Origin: Chrysomallon squamiferum
Lineage: Eukaryota; Animalia; Mollusca
Direction: 5' to 3'
DNA: 64,000 nt
Assembly: GCA_012295275.1 (NCBI GenBank)
Contig: CM022670.1
Span: 11,532,001-11,596,000, forward strand
Shown here: positions 30,932-43,629 of the stretch, one piece after another
How positions within the stretch are numbered: position 1 is the first letter of the stretch
Layout: each line of letters starts with the position of its first letter
Notes under the pieces: model-generated
Seen by the model: only the letters and a program-made list of their open reading frames with translations
Told to the model about the DNA's origin: nothing
Database searches by the model: none
Translations under genes and position numbers: made by a program

Positions 30932-33900
30932 TACATATGTATAATGTTTTTATGTAAAGAAGAAAAGAGAAATGTCAAAAGATAGAATGCAGTATGAGAC
31001 TGTCAAACCATCTTTTCTTAAATATTTATGACAAGAAATAAACGATATCCTGTCCCAGCACGTTATTTCTGATTTAGTTTAGTTTAGTTTAGTTTTATTT
31101 AATTTTGTTTAATTTAATTTAATTTAATTTAACTTAATTTTTTTAAGAACTGTTTTAATTACAAGGCCGAACATCTGCTAGCTAACAAAGTAACCATTAT
31201 TTATTATAATTATTGCCTCATTAGGCTTCAAGTCAGTCTGTACAAAACTAAGGTAGTGCTAATTCGATTGTTGGGCTGAACACATTGCTTCGATTTATTT
31301 GTCTTTGATCTATATTTATCCTAATTCTTGATACATGGTGATAATGAACTAAACGAAGAGAACGGCCAACATTTGATATATTAAAGAGAAATGGCAACTT
31401 GTCAACATTCGTTTCACTTAGTGTAAGAGAATAATAAAAAATTACTGTGTATTTTATAAATATAAATATGCAACATAATTTATTTTAACCCGTGCCAGCT
31501 GCTGTGATTTCCCTCTCGGCTCTACAATAAACACCACAATTCTGTTTGAAATGGTACTTTTTTGCTTTTTAATCTTTCGCTACCAGCAGTATGATACAAT
31601 ATGTACATAATGACATAGACACATCTGGCGCAGACTTGCTAGGATGAAAAACGTGTTTGCTAAATTATTCATTGTTTTTATATTTTTATCAGAATTATTC
31701 GAAAAATCGTTGTCTAGCTCTTATCATTTTTCCGATCGACATAGTCTGAGTTTATGCATTCATTTAGATCCTTTGAAAAATTTAAACCATAAAATCCACA
31801 TTCATATAAATACGTGAATTTGTATTTTTATTAAAAATGAATTTCTTTTTTTATTATTATTATTATTTTTAATAATTTAACAAAATGAATATGCGAAAAA
31901 CTGCATTTAATATACATTGTGACTCAGGTTCCATCCACATAAAAAGTACAAAGCGACCATTGAAGCAGTGAAGATTAAGTTAATACTGACATAACTGTCA
32001 GGTTGCGCTTGCCTTTGGACATGTCGGAATGGAATATTCCGAAAAGTTAAGCTAACCAGTAATGATTTTACAGAGACAAGCTTCACACTATCCACAAATT
32101 TGCAATTTTCCTTCACTTTACGGCATCCATTCTCCATAAAAACAGATGCCATTATCCGACCCGGTTGTTGGAAATCAATGATACGGTCTACGCTAGCAGC
32201 AATGGGCATATAAAACAGCAATTATTTCTTGTCAGTAAATTTATATTGTCTCCTCCGGGCTCTCTCCGTGGGCTTCTCGTTTTCCCTGCCTAAAAACGCA
32301 GCGGATGACCGATGTCACATTCTAACGTCTTGTCGATACGCTCACTCCCCCAACTCCCATCCAGCTCATGGATACACAGGCAGGCCGTAATCTACGCACA
32401 TTTTTGCATTCATTAAATATGCAGACATCGATTTGTCCATTTACTTTTTTTGTCTCCGGTCACAATTTCTCTAAACCAATCAATTAACAGCAGCATGGGA
32501 GGAGCTTAAAGACGTCATTATAATACAGTTTACTGCATTCTGAAACGAGAGCATTGTATATTATTAGCAACATTGGAGTTCGTTATTTACGTTCAACATA
32601 AAAGTTGTTAATAAAATATTTACTTTGATTCGTTATATTTGTTTGAAATTTTTCAGCTTATATTGTACAACTGTTTAAGCATGGAACGAATTAATCAATT
32701 AATCTGGGCTTGTAAATTATTATTTCCCAAAAGAATTTATAATAATAAAACTTAAAATAAATAAATAAATAGCAAACGATGTTTATCTGAGTTTGAGGAC
32801 ATACGATTTCGAATTATAGGAAATCGCTAATGATTATAATTGTAAATAACACTTTATAACATAATTAGTTATTCATTAATTTACTTTTTTTCTTTCTTTC
32901 TTTTTTTTTAAATTTTAAATTTTTTTTTTTTTTTTTTAAAGAAAATCAGACGCAGATGTTGTCATTGTGCATTACACTAAGGTCTAACGTACGTCCTTGC
33001 ATTTTCAGATGAAGATACAATGGATTCTTGTACATTGATCCATACGCAGCCGAGTAAATTAGCATACTGTGGAGATAGCATCGATAACAATGGCAATTAC
33101 TGTAATAATAGCCTTCTTGAGATTCAGAATAACAATTTAGGCCAGGTCGATTTTTTTTAGGTCATGGCTGGTTCTGTTACGTTCATAATTTTACTCGTAA
33201 TACAGACCTATACAAGTGTCAGGTTGTTTTGTGTTGTTGTTTTATTTTATCATAATTCAGTGTACATTCTGGGGTACGTCAAAAACAGGCGTCCTTTTTT
33301 TTTTTTTTTAGTATTTTTATTTTTGTAGCAGATGCTGAATAAAATAACGATCATTTCCAAAACAAAGAAAAATCGCACAAATACATGACAATATAATATA
33401 ATCTGCGTTCAGGCGTTTTATTTCAGTGAAATCGTTTCAAAACGAATTTATTTGTTAACTGTGTTATAACATATGTCACATGGATATTTGAACCGCCATT
33501 GTTGACACCACACACGATATATATAATGCCTTTAATGTTAATATGTATATTTCTACCTAACAAATAATGTTAATTAAAAAAACTTTTTAAATATAATATT
33601 GAACAAATTATTAATCCCAAAGATGAGCAATACGTGTAAATATGAAATTGACCAATTAACGAGGATAAAGTAACAAAATATATAAATACATGAATAACTT
33701 AATGAATGAATAAAGAAAAGAATAAATAAGAAAATAAATAAATAAATAAATAAAGTAATAAACCTTTCACAGTTTTATTTGTTGCCTTAAATGGTTTTAT
33801 TTCATTTTTAAAAAACCCTCAAAAACAAAACAAAAACAACTCCAAAACCATTTTCATTTTTTAAATATCTATTCTGAATGGATTATAAGGTTGTATTGTG

Positions 33901-35195
33901 ATTGCATATATTTAATTTAATATATATGATTATGCTGATCATTCTTCTTTTTCTCTGATTAAAAACTAAATAATAAAAAAAAATATATATTTATTTTAAA
34001 ATATAGTTGATTACTTATAGTTAAATTTTGGTATTTTTAAGGAAAGTTTCAAATTTATATTAATAAATATATATATTAAATAATCTCAAAAGAAACAAAT
34101 TCTTACAAAAATGTGGTTAGCCTTCTACTTTTTCCAGTATTAAAGAAAAAAAAAAAAAAAAAGAATGACTTATAGATAAATTATTTAAACTCATATTGAG
34201 AATGTTTGTTCCTGTATAATTTTTTAAAGATTTATTTTTAACCTAATTTTGATAATGTAACTAAAATGAAGTAACACTCGGGTTTTGAATTTATTTCCTG
34301 TCTTGTATTAAATGCAACAGTAAATTTGTGTGGACAACATGTATAACTGAAGGCTATTTTTATTATTACGAAGTAAACAGAATTAGATCTTTAAAAAGTA
34401 CAAATAAATAACAAAACTGAAACTGTTTTAGAATCAAGTGATCTTTTCACTGAAAGGAATGTGCAATCACAAATATGTATTAAAAGAGGGCATAGTACAA
34501 TTAACTCATAGTGTGATAACTCTTGCCATGGAAGTAGCTGTGCAAGCTATTAAAATAAATTATTTGTTCAGACACCTGACCAAATTGTGAGCCAATTTTA
34601 ACGTTTATAATTTTTATAATGTACTGAAGGCAGAATTAACTGATATATAGCCTTGTATCAGGAATGTAATAAAGTTTGGCAATAGCATGAAATACATTTT
34701 ATCAGTATTTTGTTACTCTTTTTCAGACATATTATAATCATATTCTGTGTGTTCTTGTGTTTGTAGCAGGAGGCATGACAATATGCATGAATATCCAATT
34801 TTGAAATCTAAACATTGTAACATTCCATAAAAATGAAATAAAAAAATGTGATTCTTTAGAAAGAGGTTTAAGGTGACATATAAAATAAACATGTAAAAAC
34901 ATGGAACAATTTAATCGATGCTTAAAAAAATTACAAAAAAGAAAATACGTCCACATCCAGTCACTGAACATAAAACAATACACTTTTGTATTTCTGATAA
35001 AAAATCATTTATTGCAGACAGTGTGCAGTTTTTGTTAACAACTGAAAAACCTCTCTGGTTTTGCAATACACTGAAATGTACTCTTTCTCAGTTCGTGGAA
35101 TAAAATAATAATAATAAAAAAAGAATCTTTCTCAACAGTCTAATGAGATGCAAAGCTTGGAAATAATGAACATGAAACATTCAATCCAGTGATCA

Positions 35196-35856
35196 TCAAA
35201 CAACCAATCTGTAGCTAACATATCGGCCAGCTGTTTCACTTGGTCGAACTATTTTTACAACCTGAAATAAATAAATTACGACAAAATGTGAAACTCAGAG
35301 AGAAAAAGAACAATAAGGAATATTTTCATAATAAATCTTCAAGCAATATCTATTAAAAATACTTGAAATTACTTGTCATTTATAAAAGAAAAAGGAGAAA
35401 AAAACTTTTATTATCTAAAGTGCAAAAAAAGATATTTTATTTAAAAATATTTTTTATACATCTATAAAAGCCAGCTGTTTCAATACTATTTTGTTAATTA
35501 TATGAACAAAATTGTGAGATCACAAATGAAACTAAGTATTTTTAACTATTATATATTTCAAAACAAGATAAATTAATAAATAATAACTGTATCAAATGCT
35601 TATATGCACTGCTGAAACTCCATATCACATTAATCGTCAAACAAAAAACAACAAAAAAACCCAAGATATCTCAGATAACAAAACCTAACTTCTAAGTCTA
35701 ATATAACATCTCTTTCAATATGCAGTAGAAACAGATAAAAAAAAATACATCAATGTTTTATGTCATGTTGACCAGTAAAAATGTAAGATGCTGTGACAAT
35801 AACAGGTATATTCATCATTATCATCAACAGAATTTTTTTTTATTATTATCATTTTA

Positions 35857-35894
<38 letters not shown>

Positions 35895-38800
35895 TCTTTA
35901 TTTTATAGCTTTTAAACATGTCCATTAATCAGTAAGATGTAATTCACAATTTTGTTAAAAAAAATATATATATATACACCCCTTAATAAATCCACAGTTG
36001 TAGAAAAATATCTTAAAATTACTCTATCACTGATAATCAAATTTTAACTTTAAAATTCAGTACTGCAAATAGTGTCACCAACCCAGTACATTAACCTGGT
36101 CACTGAGGAATGTACAACACTGTAAAAGTTAACTGGTACTTGTGTGCAGTCAAGCACAACACAATGACAGGAACTGATCTTAAAGACAAAACACCATGGA
36201 TAGTGAAGAGAATCTAGCACAAGGCTGGATGCTCAGCCACTACAATTTGCAACATCCCTCTGACAGGGCTATAATAATTATGACAATGGAAGGTCGGTGT
36301 GGCATTGTGCACCCTCATAAAACTTCCTGAATGCTGGTGGGTCTGGTGAAAAATGCATGTGTCAGCTGTACAATGGGCACTGGGCCAGGCAGTATTTGGT
36401 TATATGACAAGAGGAACAATATCTTGCTTGAGTCAAGTGTGCACTGGTCAAAGACATGCCATAACAGAGAATGACTCAGTCGCTCTGGAAATATTTACCC
36501 AACAAATGTCTGAACTCCACACGAACAGGGATGTTAATGTTACTAAACTGTTACTAAGTTTTAAATAAATTTTCAGCTAAATTTGATGATGATGATGATA
36601 ATGATAATAAGAAGAAGAAGAAGAAAAAGAAGAATATGAATGATGATTACAATAATACTGTTCTTGATTGAAGTTATTTTCTTAATCAAATTAGCTTTTA
36701 GGAAAAAAAAGAATCAATGAACATTATTTTCTACTGAGAATATCAAACATAAGAGGGGAAAAAAAAAATGCATTAAAATATGTATTTAAAAACTTATTGG
36801 ATATTTATTTAAAAATTCATCTGTGGTTTTTCAAAGAAAGAATAAAATATTTAAATCTAAACAACACAAAAATATAGCTAATATTTTTTTTTTAAATGAA
36901 TACAGTATAAATATTTTTAAAATCTATCTGTAAATATAACAGATATTTTATAGTTTTATTAAGATACTGAATTAGATATTAAATATTAATTATCAATCAC
37001 ACCATATCATTCAGTTTATATCAGATTATTGTACTTAATTATATTCAAATTATTTATTTATTTATTTTTGAATAATTCTAAATTGCAGTAAATTTTATAG
37101 TCAGGGGAATATTGTAACTATAAAATACAGAACAATGACTGTTCTGACTGTTTCCCTAACAACTAGTCTTTATTAATTTTCTCTGGAAAGATAATACAGT
37201 TTTCAGCCATATGTTTTCCATTGATCATATAGTTATAACATTATACCAGTTAGAATAAAAAAAATGAAAACAATGGGCTTTTTCATCATCACTATTATTA
37301 ATTTTTGATACAATCATCATGTTATGCATGAAAGACTTGAATACAAATTCATATATTATATGACAAAACCCCCCCCCAAAAACAAACTATTGTAAATTTC
37401 CCAAAATATGACATTTATCTTAAAAATAATATAGTTAATAAAATAATATTAATTAATAAATTCACATTTGTACAGTATAACTAATTATTTCTTTATCATT
37501 TATAGCACAAACTATTTTTGTTTAATTCTTCAAAATTATTCTTTCTTTTCTTTTTAAATTAGTCACAGTCAGAAATAAATATGATAATAAAACACTGTGT
37601 TTCTGACATTATCATATGCACACTGTACTGACTGACTGAAGAACATTCCTTCTGGAACTATTTTGCTTACAGTTTATAATTAAATAACAGTTATTTGAAA
37701 CAATTCTGATTTTTTTTTCTTCAAAATTATATATTAAGATTTACCAGTTTTAAAGAATACTGTAAGCAGAAATTAATATTCATAATAAATATGAAATCTA
37801 TCTTTATAATGAATATTAATTAAAAAAAAAAAAAAAGCAACCTTTAAAAATATACAACTGATTAACTTGCCCTTTCCACAAATTATATTATGCTAAACAC
37901 AATTATGTAAGACCACCACTTTTTTTTTATTTATAAAATTACAAACAACATTAATAAAAATAAAGAAAAATCTTACAGATAAAATATTAACTATAACTTA
38001 ACAGTAAGAGTGAAGGCTAGAAATAACTATTTTTACTGTATCAAGAAAAAAACTTGCATGAAAAATTCAAGTTTATATCTGTATAAAAACATTACCTGTC
38101 CTCGCTTTAGGCCAAAGTATCGTGCCACTGGATCACCTTGCTGTATTCTTGGAAGCTGCGATTCTTTCAGTTTACTTTAAAGTTAAGGTTATAAACAACA
38201 TTTTCTACAGAATTTCTTTTACACACACCCATACAACAATTTTTTTTTTTTTTACTGAGGCAGATTATGTAACTGCCATAATTCAACAGATTTTATAGAA
38301 GAGATCATAAATAATAGTTACTGGGGATTTGTTATGTCAACATTTGTATACTGAACTTAAAAGAAAAGGGTATGTGGTAAAGCAGTATTAAAATGCCATT
38401 ACACTAGATTAAATACATTTAAAAGAAGTAATACTTAATTTAATTTAAAATGATTACTTTATTTTTAAATTAGCTTAAATGTGACATAATAATTATTACC
38501 CACTTTTTGTTGAGTGAAACAAATATGGGATGAGTCAAAAGTAGTGTTCAATTTCTGAAGAGAGGCACTTTGAAAATTGCAAGGTAAACAGCTTGGTAAA
38601 CTTCAATAACAATTTTTTTTTCTAAATGGTTAGACAGGCATATCATTTGTTTCTATCTTCATAGACACCACAACAGAATCAAAAACAGACAGATATCAGG
38701 TGCTACTTCTGACTTACTCCATATAATACAGATGTATATCAAATATTATCAGATCTGTCTTTATTTTAAATCTTAACAACATATATTTTAAAAACAGATT

Positions 38801-41596
38801 TTAATTATGAAACACAGTTGTTCTTTTTCACAGCCAAATCTCACTCAGAAATATGTAAAATATATATATTTTTTTGGTTCTACTGAACGTATTGCAATTT
38901 TAGGGTGCCAACAACATTTTATCAATCAACGTAGCTGGATTTAGAATGGAGATTTTTATTTTTGTTTTGTATATCAGCCTGTCTTTCATCAATATACCAA
39001 AATTAATGTGTATCAGTGTAAGTATTCTGGTTTGATACCAACCCTGCTGGGTTAGGATTGATGACTTTACTCTCATACTCTTACTTACATTATTTTACCT
39101 TTTTACTCACTTATATATGATATGGGTGTATATAGCCATCACAGACATCAGTCAATGTTAAGTTCATATTATCTATAACTTGTAATGAATTACAAATCTT
39201 TACCAATCTCTGAACCTGAGTTGTTCAAAGTCTAAGTACAGAGAGACTCAGTCAGACAGTGTCAGATTAAATAATGATAAAAAGAAAAGTATGTGCACTG
39301 AGTGAGGAGTCTGTGTTTGCTAAAACAAAAATAAAAAATACATATTACAAGAAATGCTAAATAATTTAAAACCTCAAAAAAAGACAATATCCTTCTAACA
39401 AACAACAAAAATAAATTAAATTACAATTAAAAAATAATAAACCTTTTTTGTCAAAGATACTATCTGCTTAACAACTCAACTTTTTCTTCTGGTGCCATTA
39501 CCACATGTTCTGGAACCAGCTAAATAAAAACAACATAAAACAAATAAATTAAAAGGAGATTATGTGAGTATTTATCTTATTAATTTAATTAACAACTTTT
39601 TGTAACATTTAAAAAAAAAAAAATCCCAGTTTTTACATAGACATCAAATCAATACAAATTTTAGATAAAACACAACATTAACATAAAAGGAAAAAAGAAA
39701 GTGAAATTACTGAATAAATATTCAAGATTTCCTTGGTTTCTCAGAATAATTTATTTATAATATGTCTAACAATGATACTTCAGATTTTAAATCCAGTTTA
39801 AAAAAAGAATAAAAGTTATTTAAAAAAATAAAAAGATAATAATAAATAAAATTAAGAAAAAGTAGAAGGAAGAAGAACAAAAATCTAATATTATTATTAT
39901 GCACCATATTTGAACTATACATACATTAAAAAATATTATTATAAGCTATTATTTTTAAAAACTATGTGAACATCCATAAATCATATTTTAATGGTATTAG
40001 CATGCTTATCTGATACTGTATAACATATTATTACTACCATGTAAGGACAAAAATGAAAAATAAAGAAAGAATTTTAAAAAGAAGGATGAGATGAATAGCA
40101 TAGATAAAACAATTTACTTATGCTTCCAGTTGGAGTTAGAATCATATGCTCTTACCCATGTTTTTTTTTTTTTTTTTTTTGTTTGTATTAATTTTTGGAC
40201 AATGTTTAAAAACAAATGATAATACAATGAAGATCTTTGAACAAGACAATCTACATTCTGGAATAAATACACTATGGAAAGAAATGGTGTGTAATATTAA
40301 AACATACCATATGTTCTGTAATGTTGACAAGCAATTCTGCTTCCAAAAATTGTTCTAATATGTATTTAGGAGCCATTTCAACCAGAGACTGAAAAAGATA
40401 AGTATAAAGTTATTACAAGCCTGAAAAAAAATTCATCTGAAAACAACACTAATGCCTGAAAAGATTGTATATATATATATATATTTAAAAAATATAAAAG
40501 AATATAAGAAGAAATAAAAATGTACTGATGAATTTGAATTTATTTGATTAAATTCACTGTATCTTCAACTTTTTAAAAACTATTGATTGAGACTTCTTTA
40601 GAAATTGATGATCAACCAAAATATATATTACTGAAACATAAAAAATAAATAAAAGTTATAATGCAAGTTTTAAAAAAATGATTTATATCAGCCGGCTCTT
40701 GATGTCATGAACTTTCAAAACTGATGTAGTAGAGTAACAGTTTCTGTAATTTTGATTCTGTCCACATTATACTTTAAGTCATTAATTTTAGTACCTGAAT
40801 ATATTTTTTTTAAGGTTATTTTCCAAAAATCAAAGGTGCTACATATTCTTTTAGATAATTTCACTTGATGGCATTATTTCCCCGCTTCAAAATCATTTAA
40901 GCATATTCTTTATTTCTTGGTGTTTATTGGAATATGTATCATATAATTACCATTCACCTGCATTTTCCTGATTGAGGTATAGTTAACTTTACATTTATTA
41001 AAATCCAAACCAAGAATCAGTCTTATATAGGATCGAAATAAAAATTATATCAAACATTATAATTCAGTCATATTCTAATGTTCCATTACTATGAATATCT
41101 CCGTTTAATGGTCTAAAAGATTGTAAGCAAAATCAAAAACCAAATTTCCAAAGGGGGGGATAGAAACTCACAGATATTAATATTGTCAGTGTAGAATAAT
41201 ATACAGAACTAAATTTACTTTAAATTCAGTTTGATGGGCAACAGACTGAGCTTGTTTTATTGTGATTGTACAGTGGTTCTCATTGCCACTGTAAAAATTA
41301 AAAATAATGTTATATATCTAGAGAACTGCACTATATCCACTGTGAAAAGATAATGTTGGACATAATTTTAAAATAATATTAAAATTCTGATAACTTAACA
41401 CAAACCTGTTTGGCTGAGGGTGTCATTCCAGCTTGTACTACAATTATAGCTCTGGTAATATTTTCTTCTTGCATTCGAGTGCAGTAATTTTTTATGGTTT
41501 TAATGCCAACTTTAGGCTCCTCAGGAAAAAACACAAACATCTGATCTGAGGAGGAAAACAAAATACTAATATGCATTCTGATGATGTACACACAAA

Positions 41597-41636
<40 letters not shown>

Positions 41637-42735
41637 CAAACTCTCTATAATTTGAACATCTTTCAAACTAATTCAAGTTTGAGTAGTAAACTAATTGCTG
41701 ATAATTAATATGAAAACATTGTATTTGAATTACTAATTATAATTCAGTCACTAAAAAGAGAAACTCTAAGACAGACTTGTTGAAATTTTTAATATATTGT
41801 TTCCAAACAACAACTTACCTGTAGGATCATCATTATGAGCAACCAAAACAATTAAATCTGATCGAAGAGGTTTTCGTTCACTGAAACATAAAAATCTGGA
41901 TTAGTTTTGTTATTAAAACAAAATCTTAAGTTAGTTAAAAATGTCTAGTACATCTGAAAGCAACCCTATTTATAAGAATGGTAAATAACTAAGTAAAAGG
42001 TGAGTAAATTAACCTTGGCTTGTCTCCAAACTGGACTTTGAATTCGTCTATTGTCTGATCCAATTCATCTTGTGTCACCAAATAACCTCGGTCATGACAA
42101 AGCTATAAATAAACCAACAATATTATGAATATACACATGACATCTTGAGCATGTTTCAATATTGATTAGGCACTTAGAGAATCTTACATCAAAACAAAGA
42201 ATAAAATCTGCATTGGTATTCATAAAATTAATTATGCTGGGGGTGACTATAAGGATAATAAATAGCAACAATAAACTCAGAATCTTGGAAAACAAATTCC
42301 ATAAGCCCAAACCGAACATTTTAAATAACTAGAAATAAATCAAAATAACAGAAAGGCGAAAGATAATTAACTCAGCAACTAGCTTGGCCAACTTTAGCCC
42401 GAAGTTTGAATTTCTAATTTATGTTGCAGTTTTAGTTTAATAAACACTGACTTTATAAATCACATATGTTATTTTGCCTTGCAGTAAAACTGGGCTTTGC
42501 TTTAAAAACTATTAGTTGTCAGGCCTTTGATCAGTTTTTGCTTTATGTTTAACCAAGTTAATGATTATTCATCCTGTTGCTATCAGAAGATTTACAGAAA
42601 TGAACAGGACCCAGACATTTATGTCTATCAAAACCTTTTTTTATAACAAAGTATTAAAAATCATTAATATTTTAACACCTGCATAATTGTCTTTCTTATT
42701 CGCCAGAGTTTATATGTTTCTTGTTCGTCATCCAT
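35196..42735 (-). CDS. POLR2E: DNA-directed RNA polymerases I, II and III subunit RPABC1 (RPB5), 210 aa, 8 exons
   Basis: Exons: 42679-42735 [19 protein letters not shown]; 42014-42102 [17 protein letters not shown]..; 41819-41880; 41406-41545 ..[16 protein letters not shown]; 40308-40388 [20 protein letters not shown]; 39461-39519 LVPEHVVM..; 38096-38174 ..[20 protein letters not shown]; 35196-35261 [21 protein letters not shown]. Total 633 nt in frame. Confidence 0.97.
38175..39460 (-). other. POLR2E: U12-type (minor spliceosome) GT-AG intron, POLR2E intron 6
   Basis: 5' splice site GTATCTTT (39453-39460), branch point CCTTAAC (38182-38188) immediately before TTTAAAG|, and no polypyrimidine tract. 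Confidence 0.85.
41599..41633. repeat. (CA)n microsatellite in POLR2E intron 3
   Basis: Directly visible. Confidence 0.9.
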
Positions 42736-43589
42736 CGTGATATATAAATATTATAACGATCACAAAACCATTATGATTATCAACACATGTAATATAACAA
42801 AACTAGTTTCATGTAGTATGTTACGCACGACATTTTAATACCAGTCTATTGATACTGCAACTACTTAAAACACCCTTATTTTTAAACCACTGAAAACCAT
42901 TGAAAAAAAAAAGAAGAGAAAAAAAAAAAAAAAAAAATCCCCATAATTAACTATGCCCCAAATTTTGCAGATTTTTATATACATTAATTATGCAGGCAAT
43001 AATTATTGGATTCTATCAGATGCTGCCAAACAGTGGTTTCCGGCATCTGCAACATGATGAAAAAAGAATAGAAGATGCAATAAATTGAATGATTGAACAA
43101 GCATATTAATTTTTAATGATGTAAATTTATGTTTTGTTTTAATCAGTTGTACATCATCATCGGAAATTAACTGTGACTAGAAACAATAAATTGTTGATGT
43201 AACTGTAAGGACTCCAAAATTACTTGAAAGTTTGCATATCATTCAGAAAGAACTGTTTCTACGATTTCTCCAACCCCTGTACACTGTTCTTTATTTTAAT
43301 AGGCTCCACTTCGTAAAGTTATTCATCTTATTCAAACTTTGATATGTCTGCATTAAATTAACAAAATGTTTACTGTTTGGAAATAATGTGGTATGAAGTA
43401 ATATAACTGGGCTTGCATAAATAACTGTCATGCGATGGACCAACGATATTTTTTATGGAAACTAGTAACTGTCGCAAGCGTCTTATTATTTTGAAATTTA
43501 AAACTTTAATACAGAAAACTGAATTATACAGCGATTATTTTCCCTCACGAAATTGTACAACATTTATTCTGGTGATGGTTCGAAGGGGG

Positions 43590-43617
<28 letters not shown>
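42736..43617. promoter_or_regulatory. Divergent (probably bidirectional) promoter region between POLR2E and GPX4
   Basis: Start codons are about 0.9 kb apart and point away from each other; the region retains CpG and has an ETS-like TTCCGG near 43038. Confidence 0.6.
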
Positions 43618-43621
<4 letters not shown>

Positions 43622-43629
43622 ATTACTCC

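Noticed and set aside
31907-32221. 104-aa minus-strand ORF, considered as an alternative ZSWIM first exon (ATG 32152, donor at 32056; SLL..NIPF resemblance)
   Set aside because: It would be phase 0 while ZSWIM exon 2 needs phase 1, the motif spacing differs, and no family is recognisable.
36060-36540. GC-richer block in POLR2E intron 7, including ORF 36353-36568
   Set aside because: Probably a decayed interspersed repeat, but no terminal repeats or convincing transposase motifs were found, so it was not classified.
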